From Hyalangium minutum (GTDB lineage Bacteria > Myxococcota > Myxococcia > Myxococcales > Myxococcaceae), in assembly GCF_000737315.1 (NCBI RefSeq), contig NZ_JMCB01000006.1, forward strand, positions 764,001-1,012,000: 248,000 bases of DNA, written 5' to 3'. The position numbers and the translations under genes were made by a program. Within the stretch, counting starts at the first letter, position 1. Each line of letters starts with the position of its first letter. The notes below the pieces were generated by a model. It made no database searches, was not told where the DNA came from, and saw only the letters and a list, made by a program, of their open reading frames with translations. This document shows, piece after piece, positions 136,046-145,800 of the stretch.

Positions 136046-136863
136046 TACAGGCTCTCCTCTTCGTGCACGGACTCCGAGGAGCGCGGCTCCCACTCGCCAT
136101 TGAGGGTGTCGATGTTGGAGCGCAAGAGGGTGCCGGCGGCATCGAAGGCGCTGCTCTCGAGCGGGCGGATGGCGACGGTGGGGCGGCCGGGGTTGCCGAC
136201 GAAGGGGCGGACGACCCAGGCCATCTGCACACCGACCATGCCGTAGAGCGCGGTCCACGCGAGCAGGTGGAGCACGGTGCGGCCCTGGGTCCGCAGGGCC
136301 TTCACGAGCACCCAGACGCCGCGCAGCGCGGCCACGCCGAGGAACCCAAGGCTGCCGAGCATGACGTGGAAGTAGCCGGTGGGCGGATGGTTGACGGCAT
136401 TGGCGAAGGCGAGCCACACGGGCGCGAGGCCCAGCAGCGTGAGCCCGGTGGTGGCGAGGGCGACCAGGGCCTCGCACACGGCCTGGAGGGCGGAGATGCG
136501 AGCACCGAGGAGCCGGCCATAGACGTGGAGCGCGGGCAGACACACCGCGAGGCTGCCGAGGCCCACGAGCATGAGCTTGGGAGCGGCGGCGAGTCCCGCC
136601 AGCGGCGAGCGGGTGAAGCCGAGGAGGAACCCGAAGATGCCGAAGCCCGCGAGCGCGCAGAGGGTGAGGCGCAGGGGCAGCTCCCGCAGCTCGGGGCCAC
136701 CGGCCTGAATCTGCGCGAGCACGGCGGACGGGTTGCGCAGGAGCAGCTCCGCGGTGCGCAGGATGCTGTCGGAAGCCTGCGGCGCGGGCACGGCAGCCAC
136801 AGCAGACGCAGCGGACACAGCAGGCACAGAGGACGCAGTGGGCTCGATCGTGGTCGTGGACAT
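136045..136863 (-). CDS. Yip1-like membrane protein (triad A, gene 2)
   Basis: LLRNPSAV; paralog of 230759. Confidence 0.7.
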   Translation of the reverse strand: MSTTTIEPTASSVPAVSAASAVAAVPAPQASDSILRTAELLLRNPSAVLAQIQAGGPELRELPLRLTLCALAGFGIFGFLLGFTRSPLAGLAAAPKLMLVGLGSLAVCLPALHVYGRLLGARISALQAVCEALVALATTGLTLLGLAPVWLAFANAVNHPPTGYFHVMLGSLGFLGVAALRGVWVLVKALRTQGRTVLHLLAWTALYGMVGVQMAWVVRPFVGNPGRPTVAIRPLESSAFDAAGTLLRSNIDTLNGEWEPRSSESVHEEESL

Positions 136864-136892
136864 GAGAGGCCTCGGAAGAGAAGGGGCGGGGG

Positions 136893-137438
136893 TCAGCGCC
136901 AGGAGAGTCCGGCGCTGTGAGCGCACTGGGCGAAGGTGATGGCGTGGAGGACGAGGAAGGCGATGCGGGTGGAGCCCGCGAAGGAAGCGCCGAAGCGCTG
137001 GAGCGCCTGAGTGAAGGTGTGGCCACCGGCGACGAGCGCGAGCACGGTGAAGAGGAAGGCCAGCGGCGAGGCGATCCGGGACTCAGGGGCGGTGGCGGCG
137101 AAGAACCACAGCAGGGGCGTGGTGGAGGCCAGGCTCAGGCCGAGCGTATGGACGGCCTCGAGCGCGGCCTGGACACACTGGGAGGCGCCGAGCCCTGGCT
137201 GGCGGGTGGCCCAGAGGATGTAGAGCGCCGGGAGGCACAAGGCCCACGCCAGCAAGGCGACGGCAGGCAGCGAGACGGCCCACCCGAGGTGGGTGAGGCT
137301 GAAGCCCTCGTGGGTGACGGCGGTGCGCAGGGCGAAGCCAAAGAGGGCCATGCCGCCGAGCCCCACGGCCAGAGGACGGGCGGAAGGAAGGGCGAGGGCG
137401 TGCGTGCCGCCGAGCGCGGTCAGCGAGGAAGGCTGCAT
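136893..137438 (-). CDS. membrane protein (triad A, gene 1)
   Basis: TM helices; same position as 230136. Confidence 0.65.
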   Translation of the reverse strand: MQPSSLTALGGTHALALPSARPLAVGLGGMALFGFALRTAVTHEGFSLTHLGWAVSLPAVALLAWALCLPALYILWATRQPGLGASQCVQAALEAVHTLGLSLASTTPLLWFFAATAPESRIASPLAFLFTVLALVAGGHTFTQALQRFGASFAGSTRIAFLVLHAITFAQCAHSAGLSWR

Positions 137439-137474
137439 GCGGGCTCCAGTGCAAGAGAGGATGCAGCGCCGCTG

Positions 137475-137490
137475 TGCACCTTTGGGGCCA
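137475..137490 (-). promoter_or_regulatory. sigma54-type promoter motif
   Basis: TGGCCCCAAAGGTGCA (GG-N10-GC) about 37 bp upstream of the ATG. Confidence 0.5.
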
Positions 137491-137636
137491 GCGCGGGTTC
137501 CCTGGGATGCCAACGGTCAGCGTGGCCCAGGAGCCATACTCCCTGCGTCTCTCCGCCCGCACTCGGGCTTCCGGGCGCGAGGCTGTGCTAAGCGGAGGAC
137601 CTCTCGCGTTGACCGTTCGACCAGGAGACCCCCGAG

Positions 137637-138446
137637 ATGGAATCCCCCAGGCCCGTAGCCACCGCGCTCACGATTGCGGGCTCGGACAGCGGTGGTGGTG
137701 CTGGCATCCAGGCTGACCTGCGTACCTTTGCCTTCCACCGCATCCATGGCACCAGCGCCCTCACCGCCATTACGGCGCAGAACACCCTGGGCGTCACCCG
137801 CGTGGATGTCCTCAGCCCCGCCGCCGTTGCCGCTCAGATGGAGGCCGTGGTCACTGACATCGGTGTGAGCGCCGCGAAGACGGGCATGCTCGCCAACCTG
137901 GAGATCATCATCGTGGTGGCCGAGCAGATCCGCCGGCTCAAGCTCACGCAGCTCGTGGTGGATCCCGTCATGGTGTCCCGCGCGGGCTCGCGGCTCATCG
138001 ATGACAAGGCCGTGGGTGCCCTCCGAGAGCTGCTGCTCCCGCTGGCCACCGTCGCCACGCCCAACCGCCACGAGGCGCAGCTCCTGTCGGGCATGGACAT
138101 CCAGACGGTGGACGACATGGCCGAGGCCGCGCGCCGCATCCAGCGGCTCGGTCCCAAGGCCGTGCTCGTCAAGGGCGGTGCCATGCCCGGCCCGCTGCGC
138201 GGCACCGATGTCTGGTTCGATGGGGAGCACCTCGAGACCCTGAGCGTGCCCCCCATCGATACTCCCAATACGCACGGCACGGGCTGCACCCTGTCCGCCG
138301 CCATCGCCGCGCAGCTGGCGCTCGGGCGCGCACCCCTCGACGCCACCCGGCGCGCCAAGGAGTACGTCACCTCCGCGCTCCATCACCCGCTGGCGCTCGG
138401 CCGGGGCAACGGACCGTTCAGCCACTTCGCCTTGGGGGCGCTGTAG
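137637..138446 (+). CDS. thiD: hydroxymethylpyrimidine/phosphomethylpyrimidine kinase
   Basis: [28 protein letters not shown]. Confidence 0.95.
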   Translation: MESPRPVATALTIAGSDSGGGAGIQADLRTFAFHRIHGTSALTAITAQNTLGVTRVDVLSPAAVAAQMEAVVTDIGVSAAKTGMLANLEIIIVVAEQIRRLKLTQLVVDPVMVSRAGSRLIDDKAVGALRELLLPLATVATPNRHEAQLLSGMDIQTVDDMAEAARRIQRLGPKAVLVKGGAMPGPLRGTDVWFDGEHLETLSVPPIDTPNTHGTGCTLSAAIAAQLALGRAPLDATRRAKEYVTSALHHPLALGRGNGPFSHFALGAL

Positions 138447-138447
138447 C

Positions 138448-139689
138448 TCAGGTCAGCCGGCTCCAGAAGGAGCGCTTGGACGAGATGCGATCCAGCGCCT
138501 CCTGCAGCTCCTCGTCGTAGTCGGCGCGGTTGGCGATGTCGCCCATCGAGATGATGCCGATGACGCGGTCATCCCGCTCGACCACGGGGATGCGGCGGAT
138601 CTGCCGCTTGCCCATCAGCGAGATGATGCTGTGGATGTCCTCGTCCGGGTGGACGCACTCCACGTCATCCGTCATCACGTCCCCGGCGCGGAGCTGATCC
138701 GGCGTCCTGCCGCCCGTGAAGGCGCGGATGACCAGGTCCCGGTCCGTGATGATGCCCACGAGGCAGCCCCGGCTGTCCACGATGGGGACCACGCCGCAGT
138801 CCTCGTCCTTCATCAGCTGCGCCACCTCGCGCAGCGAGCTGTCCTGGCGCACCGTCTTCACGCCGCGGGTCATGATCTCCCGAGCGGTGAGCGGCTCGCG
138901 CTGCCAGCGCCGGCGCAGCCCGGCCAGCATGCCCTTGTGCTCCGGACGTGACGTGTCGGTGTCGGGGCCGCGGCTCGCGTACGTCTCGCCCATGCCGATG
139001 TTCACGCCCGAGCCCGGACGGCCGGGGCTCGCCTGGCTCATGCCCAGCATCGGATCGTACCGGTCGCTGCGCTGGCCCTGGGTGCCCATGCCGGGATGAC
139101 CCTGGGTGCCGTGCTGGCCGCGGTCCTCGCCGCCGAAGCCCGTGCGGTCCCACTGACGGTAGTTCTCGCCGCCGGTGTCGCGGCGCATCTCGAGCGAGTG
139201 GCGCGTGTCCTGCTCACCCATGCGCATCTGCCCGCCTCCCGAGCCGATGGCAGAGCGGTCATCCCGGTCATCGCGGCCGTACGGCCCCTGCTGGGGGGTG
139301 CCACTCGAGCCCCAGGTGCCGCGCGTGTTGAGGCCGGCGCCCGTGCCCATGCCGCTCATGCCCATGCCCGAGCCGGTGCCCAGGCCCGTGCCCACGCCCG
139401 TGCCCACGTCCGTGCTGGTGCGCGGCTGAGCCAGGCGCAGCGCCGCGGCGCGGTGGAAGCGGCCCTGGCGCACGCTGGGGGCCTCGTCGCGGTCGGGGCT
139501 GTAGCCCGTCACGTCGGACTCGGAGCGCTCGCGCGAGCCCGGAGGAGACACGTCCGCGCGCCGCACCACGTCCGTACCGCGCGTCGCCACGTCACCCCCC
139601 AGCATGCCCGGCGTCCCGTTGTCGGGGACCGTGCCGCGCCCGTTGCGCGTGGTGTCGTCCCTGCCGTTGTCCATTCTCTTGTCAGCCAT
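138448..139689 (-). CDS. CBS domain protein with long disordered N-terminus
   Basis: Two CBS domains at the C-terminus. Confidence 0.85.
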   Translation of the reverse strand: MADKRMDNGRDDTTRNGRGTVPDNGTPGMLGGDVATRGTDVVRRADVSPPGSRERSESDVTGYSPDRDEAPSVRQGRFHRAAALRLAQPRTSTDVGTGVGTGLGTGSGMGMSGMGTGAGLNTRGTWGSSGTPQQGPYGRDDRDDRSAIGSGGGQMRMGEQDTRHSLEMRRDTGGENYRQWDRTGFGGEDRGQHGTQGHPGMGTQGQRSDRYDPMLGMSQASPGRPGSGVNIGMGETYASRGPDTDTSRPEHKGMLAGLRRRWQREPLTAREIMTRGVKTVRQDSSLREVAQLMKDEDCGVVPIVDSRGCLVGIITDRDLVIRAFTGGRTPDQLRAGDVMTDDVECVHPDEDIHSIISLMGKRQIRRIPVVERDDRVIGIISMGDIANRADYDEELQEALDRISSKRSFWSRLT

Positions 139690-139895
139690 TCGGATGAACC
139701 TCCAACTGCGGAGTGGTGGTGCCGCGCTCGGGTTGGGGAGCGCGGGCGCCGAACGCTGGGGATTCCCCTCGCTCTCACCAAGGGAGCGGGGTCCCCAGCC
139801 ATACCATCTGTCCGCAGCAGGGCAGGTTCACCCGGCAGGGCGCCCAGCGCTGGACACCCTGGCCGCTTGCTGGTCAACGGAAGCGCTCAGCGCCC

Positions 139896-140579
139896 TCAGT
139901 GAATGGCCCAGAGAGCGCCAATCTCCTCGCACGCCAGCTCCACGTCATGGAGCCGGCGGGTGTTGGCCTTGGGAGCTTCGAAGAGCGTACCGGCGAACAC
140001 ATCCACCACGCGGATCAGCCGCTGATCCACCGGGCCCAGGTGCCGCAGGTGCTGCTCCGCGAAGCTGTGCAGGAGTGTGGCGATGTACTGCCCCGAGCGC
140101 TCATCCAGCGGATGCCACTTGGCGAAGTAGAGCTTGAGCAGCCCCACTTTGTTTTCGCCGCGCCGGTCCGTCATCTGCAGCACCACCTCGGGCCGCACGC
140201 TGATGGTGACGCCCGCAACCTCCAACACCGGAGGCTCCTGGCCTACCGCGCTGATGATGGTGCCCTCCAGCTCCAGCTGCGGCACCACCGCCGCGAACCG
140301 ATCCAGCGCCTCGACGCACAGGTGCAAGCGCTGGGCCTCGAACTCCGTCTGCGGCACGGTGTTGAAGAAGCGCTCCTGGTGGTCCCGGAGGATGCCGCCG
140401 TTCATTCCCTTGCACAGGAAGTCGGTGATGGCCTGCGACGCCTCCGGATACCGCAGGTACTGCGGATCACACGGGTGCTTCTGATCATGGATGATGCGCT
140501 TGCGACGGGCCGGTGAAGCGGTGAGGTACTCCCCCAGCTTGTTCACCGAGACGCGTGGCGACTCACGGGATTCCGCCAT
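139896..140579 (-). CDS. hypothetical protein
   Basis: GC3-biased ORF. Confidence 0.6.
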   Translation of the reverse strand: MAESRESPRVSVNKLGEYLTASPARRKRIIHDQKHPCDPQYLRYPEASQAITDFLCKGMNGGILRDHQERFFNTVPQTEFEAQRLHLCVEALDRFAAVVPQLELEGTIISAVGQEPPVLEVAGVTISVRPEVVLQMTDRRGENKVGLLKLYFAKWHPLDERSGQYIATLLHSFAEQHLRHLGPVDQRLIRVVDVFAGTLFEAPKANTRRLHDVELACEEIGALWAIH

Positions 140580-140721
140580 GGACGACCCCTTCGTGTGTCG
140601 TAGATGCGTTGACACTACAGAAGGGGTCTGACACGGCATTTCCCGGGAGTTTCGCGGACTTGGCGTGGTGGACAGGCACCCCCGCCGGAGGGCGACCCGG
140701 CGGATTGGATGCGCCGCCGTG

Positions 140722-142563
140722 TCAGCGCGCCGCCACGCGTTCCACCAGCGGGCGGGCCTTCTCCAGCAACCGGAGGAACTCCTGGCGCTCGGCATTGCCC
140801 GAGGGCGTGGCCTCGCGGGCGATCTTCTCCACCTGCTCGAAGCTCCAGCGGGCCGCGTGGGGGCTGCGGCGGAGCAGCTCGGCTGCGCCCATCACTGCGG
140901 TGGCGAAGCGCAGATCCTTGTTCGCCGAGGCGAAGCTGGAGGCCAGGGCCTTGCCGGAGAAGCGGAACGCGCGCTCGGTGGCCTTCTCTCCGCGAGGCTT
141001 CTTGGCGCGCACGCGCACGGTGGCCAGGTCATCGCCCGCGCCCGGCTGGAGCTCCAGCTCGTAGAGGGCGGTGACGGTGTGGCCCGCGCCCAGCTCGCCC
141101 GCGTCCACCTTGTCGTCCCGGAACAGCGCGTCCGCGATGGCGCGGTTCTCGTAGCCCACGAGCCGGTAGCGGGCCACCTGCTTCGGATCGAAGTCCACCT
141201 GCAGCTTCACGTCCTGGGCAATCACCTCCAGCGTGCCGCCGATCTGCTCCTGGAAGATGCGGCGCGCGGCCATCAGCGAGTCCACGTAGTAGTGGTTGCC
141301 GTCGCCCTGGTTGGCGAAGCGCTCCATCATCTCGTCCTTGTAGTTGCCCATGCCGAAGCCCACGGTGGTGACGGTGATGCCCTCCTTCACGTAGCCGCGG
141401 ATCAACTTGAGGATCTCCTCGGGCGAGGTGGCACCCACGTTGGCGTCGCCGTCCGAGAGGATGATGACGCGCGAGGTGGACTGACCATCCACCGTCTGCA
141501 TCGCCTGCTGGTAGGCCAGCTCGATTCCGGACGACATGGCGGTGGAGCCGCCCGCCTGGAGCTCCTCGATGGCTTGGTGGATGACAGCCTTCCTCTCCAG
141601 GCCAGTGGGAGGCAGCGCCACCTTCACGTGGCCCGCGTAGGTGACCATCGCCACGGTGTCACCGTCGCGCAGGTTGTCCACGAGCATGCGCAGGGCGCGC
141701 TGGGCCAGCGGCAGCTTGTCCGGCGAGGCCATGGAGCCGGAGACGTCCACCAGGAAGGTGAGGTGCGCGGGCTTGCGCTCGGAGACGCTGAGCTGCTTGC
141801 CCTGCACGCCCACGCGCAGCAGGTGGCGGCCCGGCGTGTACGGAGAGGGCGCCGCGTCCATGTGCACCGCCAGCGGCGAGCCGTCCGTAGGCCCCTCGTA
141901 GTCGTAGCGGAAGTAGTTGAGGAACTCCTCCACGCGCACGCCCTCTTGTACCGGCAGCGAGCCCTCGAGAATCTTCCGGCGCGCCAGCGTGTACGCGCCC
142001 GTGTCCACGTCGATGGCGAAGGTGGACAGGGGGTCCTCGCTCGCGGTGACGAAGGGATTGATGCCCGCGTCACGGTACTGCTCGGTGCGGCTCGTGGTGT
142101 CTCCGGAGCTGGAGACGTTGCGCGGAGCGGGCCCCCTCATCTTCATCTTCATGCCCACCATCGACTTGCCACCGAGGCTGGCGCTGCCCGAGCCATAGCC
142201 GGTGCCGCCGCCGAGGGTGCCGATGCCGCCTCCACCCGAGCCCGAGCCCTTGAAGCCCAATCCCCCGAGCCCCGACGCGGATCCGAACGCGGCGGGAGAA
142301 CGTTTTGCGGAAGGAGCCGGCACATGGCTCGACGGCGGGCTGACGGTCGGCGAGGGCCCCGCATTCGGCGATGACGGCTCAGCCCGGGTCTTCGACGGCA
142401 GCGACTCGGCCACCTTCTGCTCCTGCCTCGGCTCCTGCTGCTTCGCGGCCATCTCCACGGCTCGCTGCGGCGCCTCCTCCTGAGAGCGGCAGCCCACAAC
142501 CAGCGCGCTCTCGACCACCAGCGCGCAGACGATCCCACTGACGGCCACACGGCTCCGCCTCAT
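140722..142563 (-). CDS. YfbK-like vWA domain lipoprotein
   Basis: STFAIDVD, DVSGSM, SDGDAN. Confidence 0.88.
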   Translation of the reverse strand: MRRSRVAVSGIVCALVVESALVVGCRSQEEAPQRAVEMAAKQQEPRQEQKVAESLPSKTRAEPSSPNAGPSPTVSPPSSHVPAPSAKRSPAAFGSASGLGGLGFKGSGSGGGGIGTLGGGTGYGSGSASLGGKSMVGMKMKMRGPAPRNVSSSGDTTSRTEQYRDAGINPFVTASEDPLSTFAIDVDTGAYTLARRKILEGSLPVQEGVRVEEFLNYFRYDYEGPTDGSPLAVHMDAAPSPYTPGRHLLRVGVQGKQLSVSERKPAHLTFLVDVSGSMASPDKLPLAQRALRMLVDNLRDGDTVAMVTYAGHVKVALPPTGLERKAVIHQAIEELQAGGSTAMSSGIELAYQQAMQTVDGQSTSRVIILSDGDANVGATSPEEILKLIRGYVKEGITVTTVGFGMGNYKDEMMERFANQGDGNHYYVDSLMAARRIFQEQIGGTLEVIAQDVKLQVDFDPKQVARYRLVGYENRAIADALFRDDKVDAGELGAGHTVTALYELELQPGAGDDLATVRVRAKKPRGEKATERAFRFSGKALASSFASANKDLRFATAVMGAAELLRRSPHAARWSFEQVEKIAREATPSGNAERQEFLRLLEKARPLVERVAAR

Positions 142564-142826
142564 GAACAGCCTCCATCGAGCTTTTGGGTTTCGGGAGACT
142601 TCGACAACCGTGTGCGCGGCAAGTTCCCACAAACCGCTAGCGAACCTTTGCGGTGTGCAGAGTTTGCGAGGTGAAGCCCCGTGCCGCCTGCCGAGGGGAG
142701 GAGGCCGGAAGCTCCGTCATTTCGCTGGCTTGTGACGAGCCAGGCCGGGGGCCGGAGTTTGCAAAGTGGGACTGCGCCGCGAAGGGCCGGAGCCAGGGCT
142801 CGCGCGGCTTGCAGGGAGAAAGCACC

Positions 142827-145800
142827 ATGCAGCAGTCCTGGATTTCCATTCTTCGTCGGGTGTGCCTCGCGGTGGCGATGCTGGGCGTGGTGGGAGGAGC
142901 CCACGCGGAGCTGGGCGACGCGTCCGCCAACTCCGCGGCGTGCTGCCAGCTGACCACGTCGCTGGTGAACGATGTGCTGCACGGCACCGACGTCTCGGGC
143001 GACGAGCGCTTCTTCAGCGCCGAGGGCGCCCCGCCCAACATCCACTTCCTGCTCGACACCTCGGGCTCCATGCGTGAGCTGCCGCAGGTGGAGAACAGCG
143101 ATCACATCACCTTCTTCAACCTCACCGTGAACGGCTGCGAGAACCCGCGCCTGGACGCGTTCGCGGCCTCGCGGGGCTGGGATGCGAGCCACGTGTACCC
143201 GGTGCCGGACGTGGGCACGGGGATGGGCTCGGACACGGGCTTCCCGAACCTGTTCCAGGACGACAAGTTCTACGGCTACCTGTACTGGGCGGACCTGGGC
143301 AACCCGCCGGCGCAGTGGAACACCCGGGAGCAGGCCTGCCAGTCGCAGGTGCCCAACTGGTCCACCACGGGCGGGGCGGAGTACGCCCGCTGCCTGTCGT
143401 GCCTGAGCACCAAGGGCTACTACAAGGTGCCGGGCACCATGGGCCGCAACACGCCGCCGCTCGAGAACCTGAACTTCATGTTCTGGGGCCGCTACCTCAA
143501 CTTCAACCCGCCCAAGTACGTCACGGCGAAGGCGGTGCTCAAGTCCGTCATCAAGGATCTGCGCCGCGTGCGCGCGGGCATCAGCCACTTCTCCAACAGC
143601 GCGCCCAACACCGTGCTGCTCAAGGAGCAGCACCCCTCGTGCCAGCAGATCGCCAACGACGCGAGCGCGTTCGACGGCGAGCGCGCCAGCTACATCAACT
143701 CCGTCAACGGGCTGACGTTCACCACGGGCACGCCGCTGGCACGCTCGCTGCTGAACGTGGGCTACTACTTCACGTCGGAGGACACCGTGTACCGCGACGT
143801 CTTCGGCTTCGGCAGCGGCTTCAGCTACCCAGGCGCGTTCAAGAACCCGGCGCTCACCTCGCAGGGCCGCAGCGTGTGCTGGGGCTGCCAGACGTCCTCC
143901 GTCATCATCATCACGGACGGCGAGCCCTCGGGCGACACGCTGAGCAGCACGGTGGTGACCAAGCTGCGCACGCTCAACGGCGGCCCGGTGTACTGCCCGG
144001 ACTCCGCGCCGTGCGGCGGAGGCACCACCGCCACCCGTGACAAGGGCAGCGACCCCGCTGTCTACACGGATGACAACCAGAACTACCTGCTGGATGACGT
144101 GGCCAAGCTGCTCTACGAGAAGGACTTGCAGAGCCACACGCCGCCCATCGTCGGGGACTTCAACACTGCCGGGAAGCAGAACGTGCTCACGTACACGGTG
144201 GGCTTCGGCATCAACAGCCCGTTCCTGAAGAACACGGCCGAAGTGGGCGGTGGCCTTTACTACACGGCGGACGACGCCACCGGTCTGAAGCAGGCGCTGC
144301 TGGACATCATCACCAACGTGCAGACGCGGTCCACCTCGTTCTCGAGCGCCGCGGCCAGCACGCTCCAGGTGCGCAGCGCCAGCGCGACGCTGATTCCGCG
144401 CTTCAAGCCGGCCCGCGCGAAGACGGATCCGTGGCAGGGCTTCCTCTACCGGTTCGATCAGGGCCCGGAGCGCCTGCTGGGCTGCAACCCGACGAACCCC
144501 GCCGCGGGCGGAGACCTGAACCAGGATGGCGACTGCGACGACACGCTGCTGCTCGACGCCGCGGGGGACGCCATCATCGAGAATGACGAGGGTGATTTCG
144601 TGAAGCTCCTCAGCCCGACCACGCCCGCAGTTCCCTTCTGGGAGGCCGGCCAGAAGCTCAAGGCCGGCACCGAGAAGTGGAAGACGCGGCGCATCTTCAC
144701 CCTCGTCGACGGCAACGGCGACGGGAAGCTCGACTCCCAGGACGCGCCGGTGGCGTTCACCGAGGCGAACGCGGGCGTGCTGCGCGAGTACCTGGGCATC
144801 AGCCAGAACCCGTCGGTGTGCTCGGATCTGGCCACGCGCCTGGGCGAGCCCAGCCTGTCCCCGGAGGACTGCACGAAGCTGATCATCCGCTGGTACCGCG
144901 GCGCGGACGCGCTCAACCCTGATCCGAGCCTGCGCGAGCAGGACCGGCCGTTCTTGCTGCATGACATCTTCCACTCCTCGCCGGTGAGCGTGGAGCCGCC
145001 GTCGCCGTCGCGCTTCTGCGGCTTCTCGCAGCAGTGCCTCACGGTGCTGTTCTCCGGCTCCACGGTGCAGGCAGAGTCCACGCTTCCCAGCGGCGTGAGT
145101 GTGAAGGCCTACGAGGCGTACCAGTCCGAGGCGGGCAACCGGGACAAGATCATCCTGGTGGGCAGCAATGGCGGCATGCTGCACGCGTTCCACAACGGCC
145201 AGGCACTGCCCTCGGGCGCGGTGGACTCGCTCACGGGGCAGGTGCAGTACGACGCGGGCACGGGCGAGGAGCTGTGGGCCTTCATCCCGCCGGACATGCT
145301 GCCCAAGCTGCGCCCCAACCTGGGCAAGCACGGCTACTTCGTGGATGGCACGCCCATGGTGCGCGATGTGTGGCTGGACGGCATGGAGGGCGAGCCGGCC
145401 GACGGCAAGAAGCAGTGGAAGGAGTACCGCACGGTGGCCGTGGTGGGCACGGGCCGTGGCGGCGTGCACCGCTTCGCGCTGGACTTGACGCGCCTGCTGG
145501 GCCGCAACCCGGGTGACACCGCCACCCGCGTGCCGGATCAGGCAGGGGACTTCCTGTGGATGTGGCCGCAGCCGTGCGACCCGCTCGCGCTGCAGGTGGG
145601 CGAGGCCTTCACCAACTTCGCTCCCCGCCCTCCTCCCGTGGGCCCCGTGGCGCTCACCGAGGTCGCGGACAACGCCCTGCGGGACATGAGCAGCACGGGC
145701 CACCCGAGCGAGACGCCGTGGCTCATCGACGGCACTCCGGCGCGCGAGCGCTGGGTGGTGGCGTTCAACGGCGGCTTCGACGAGCACATGCTGCGCGGCC

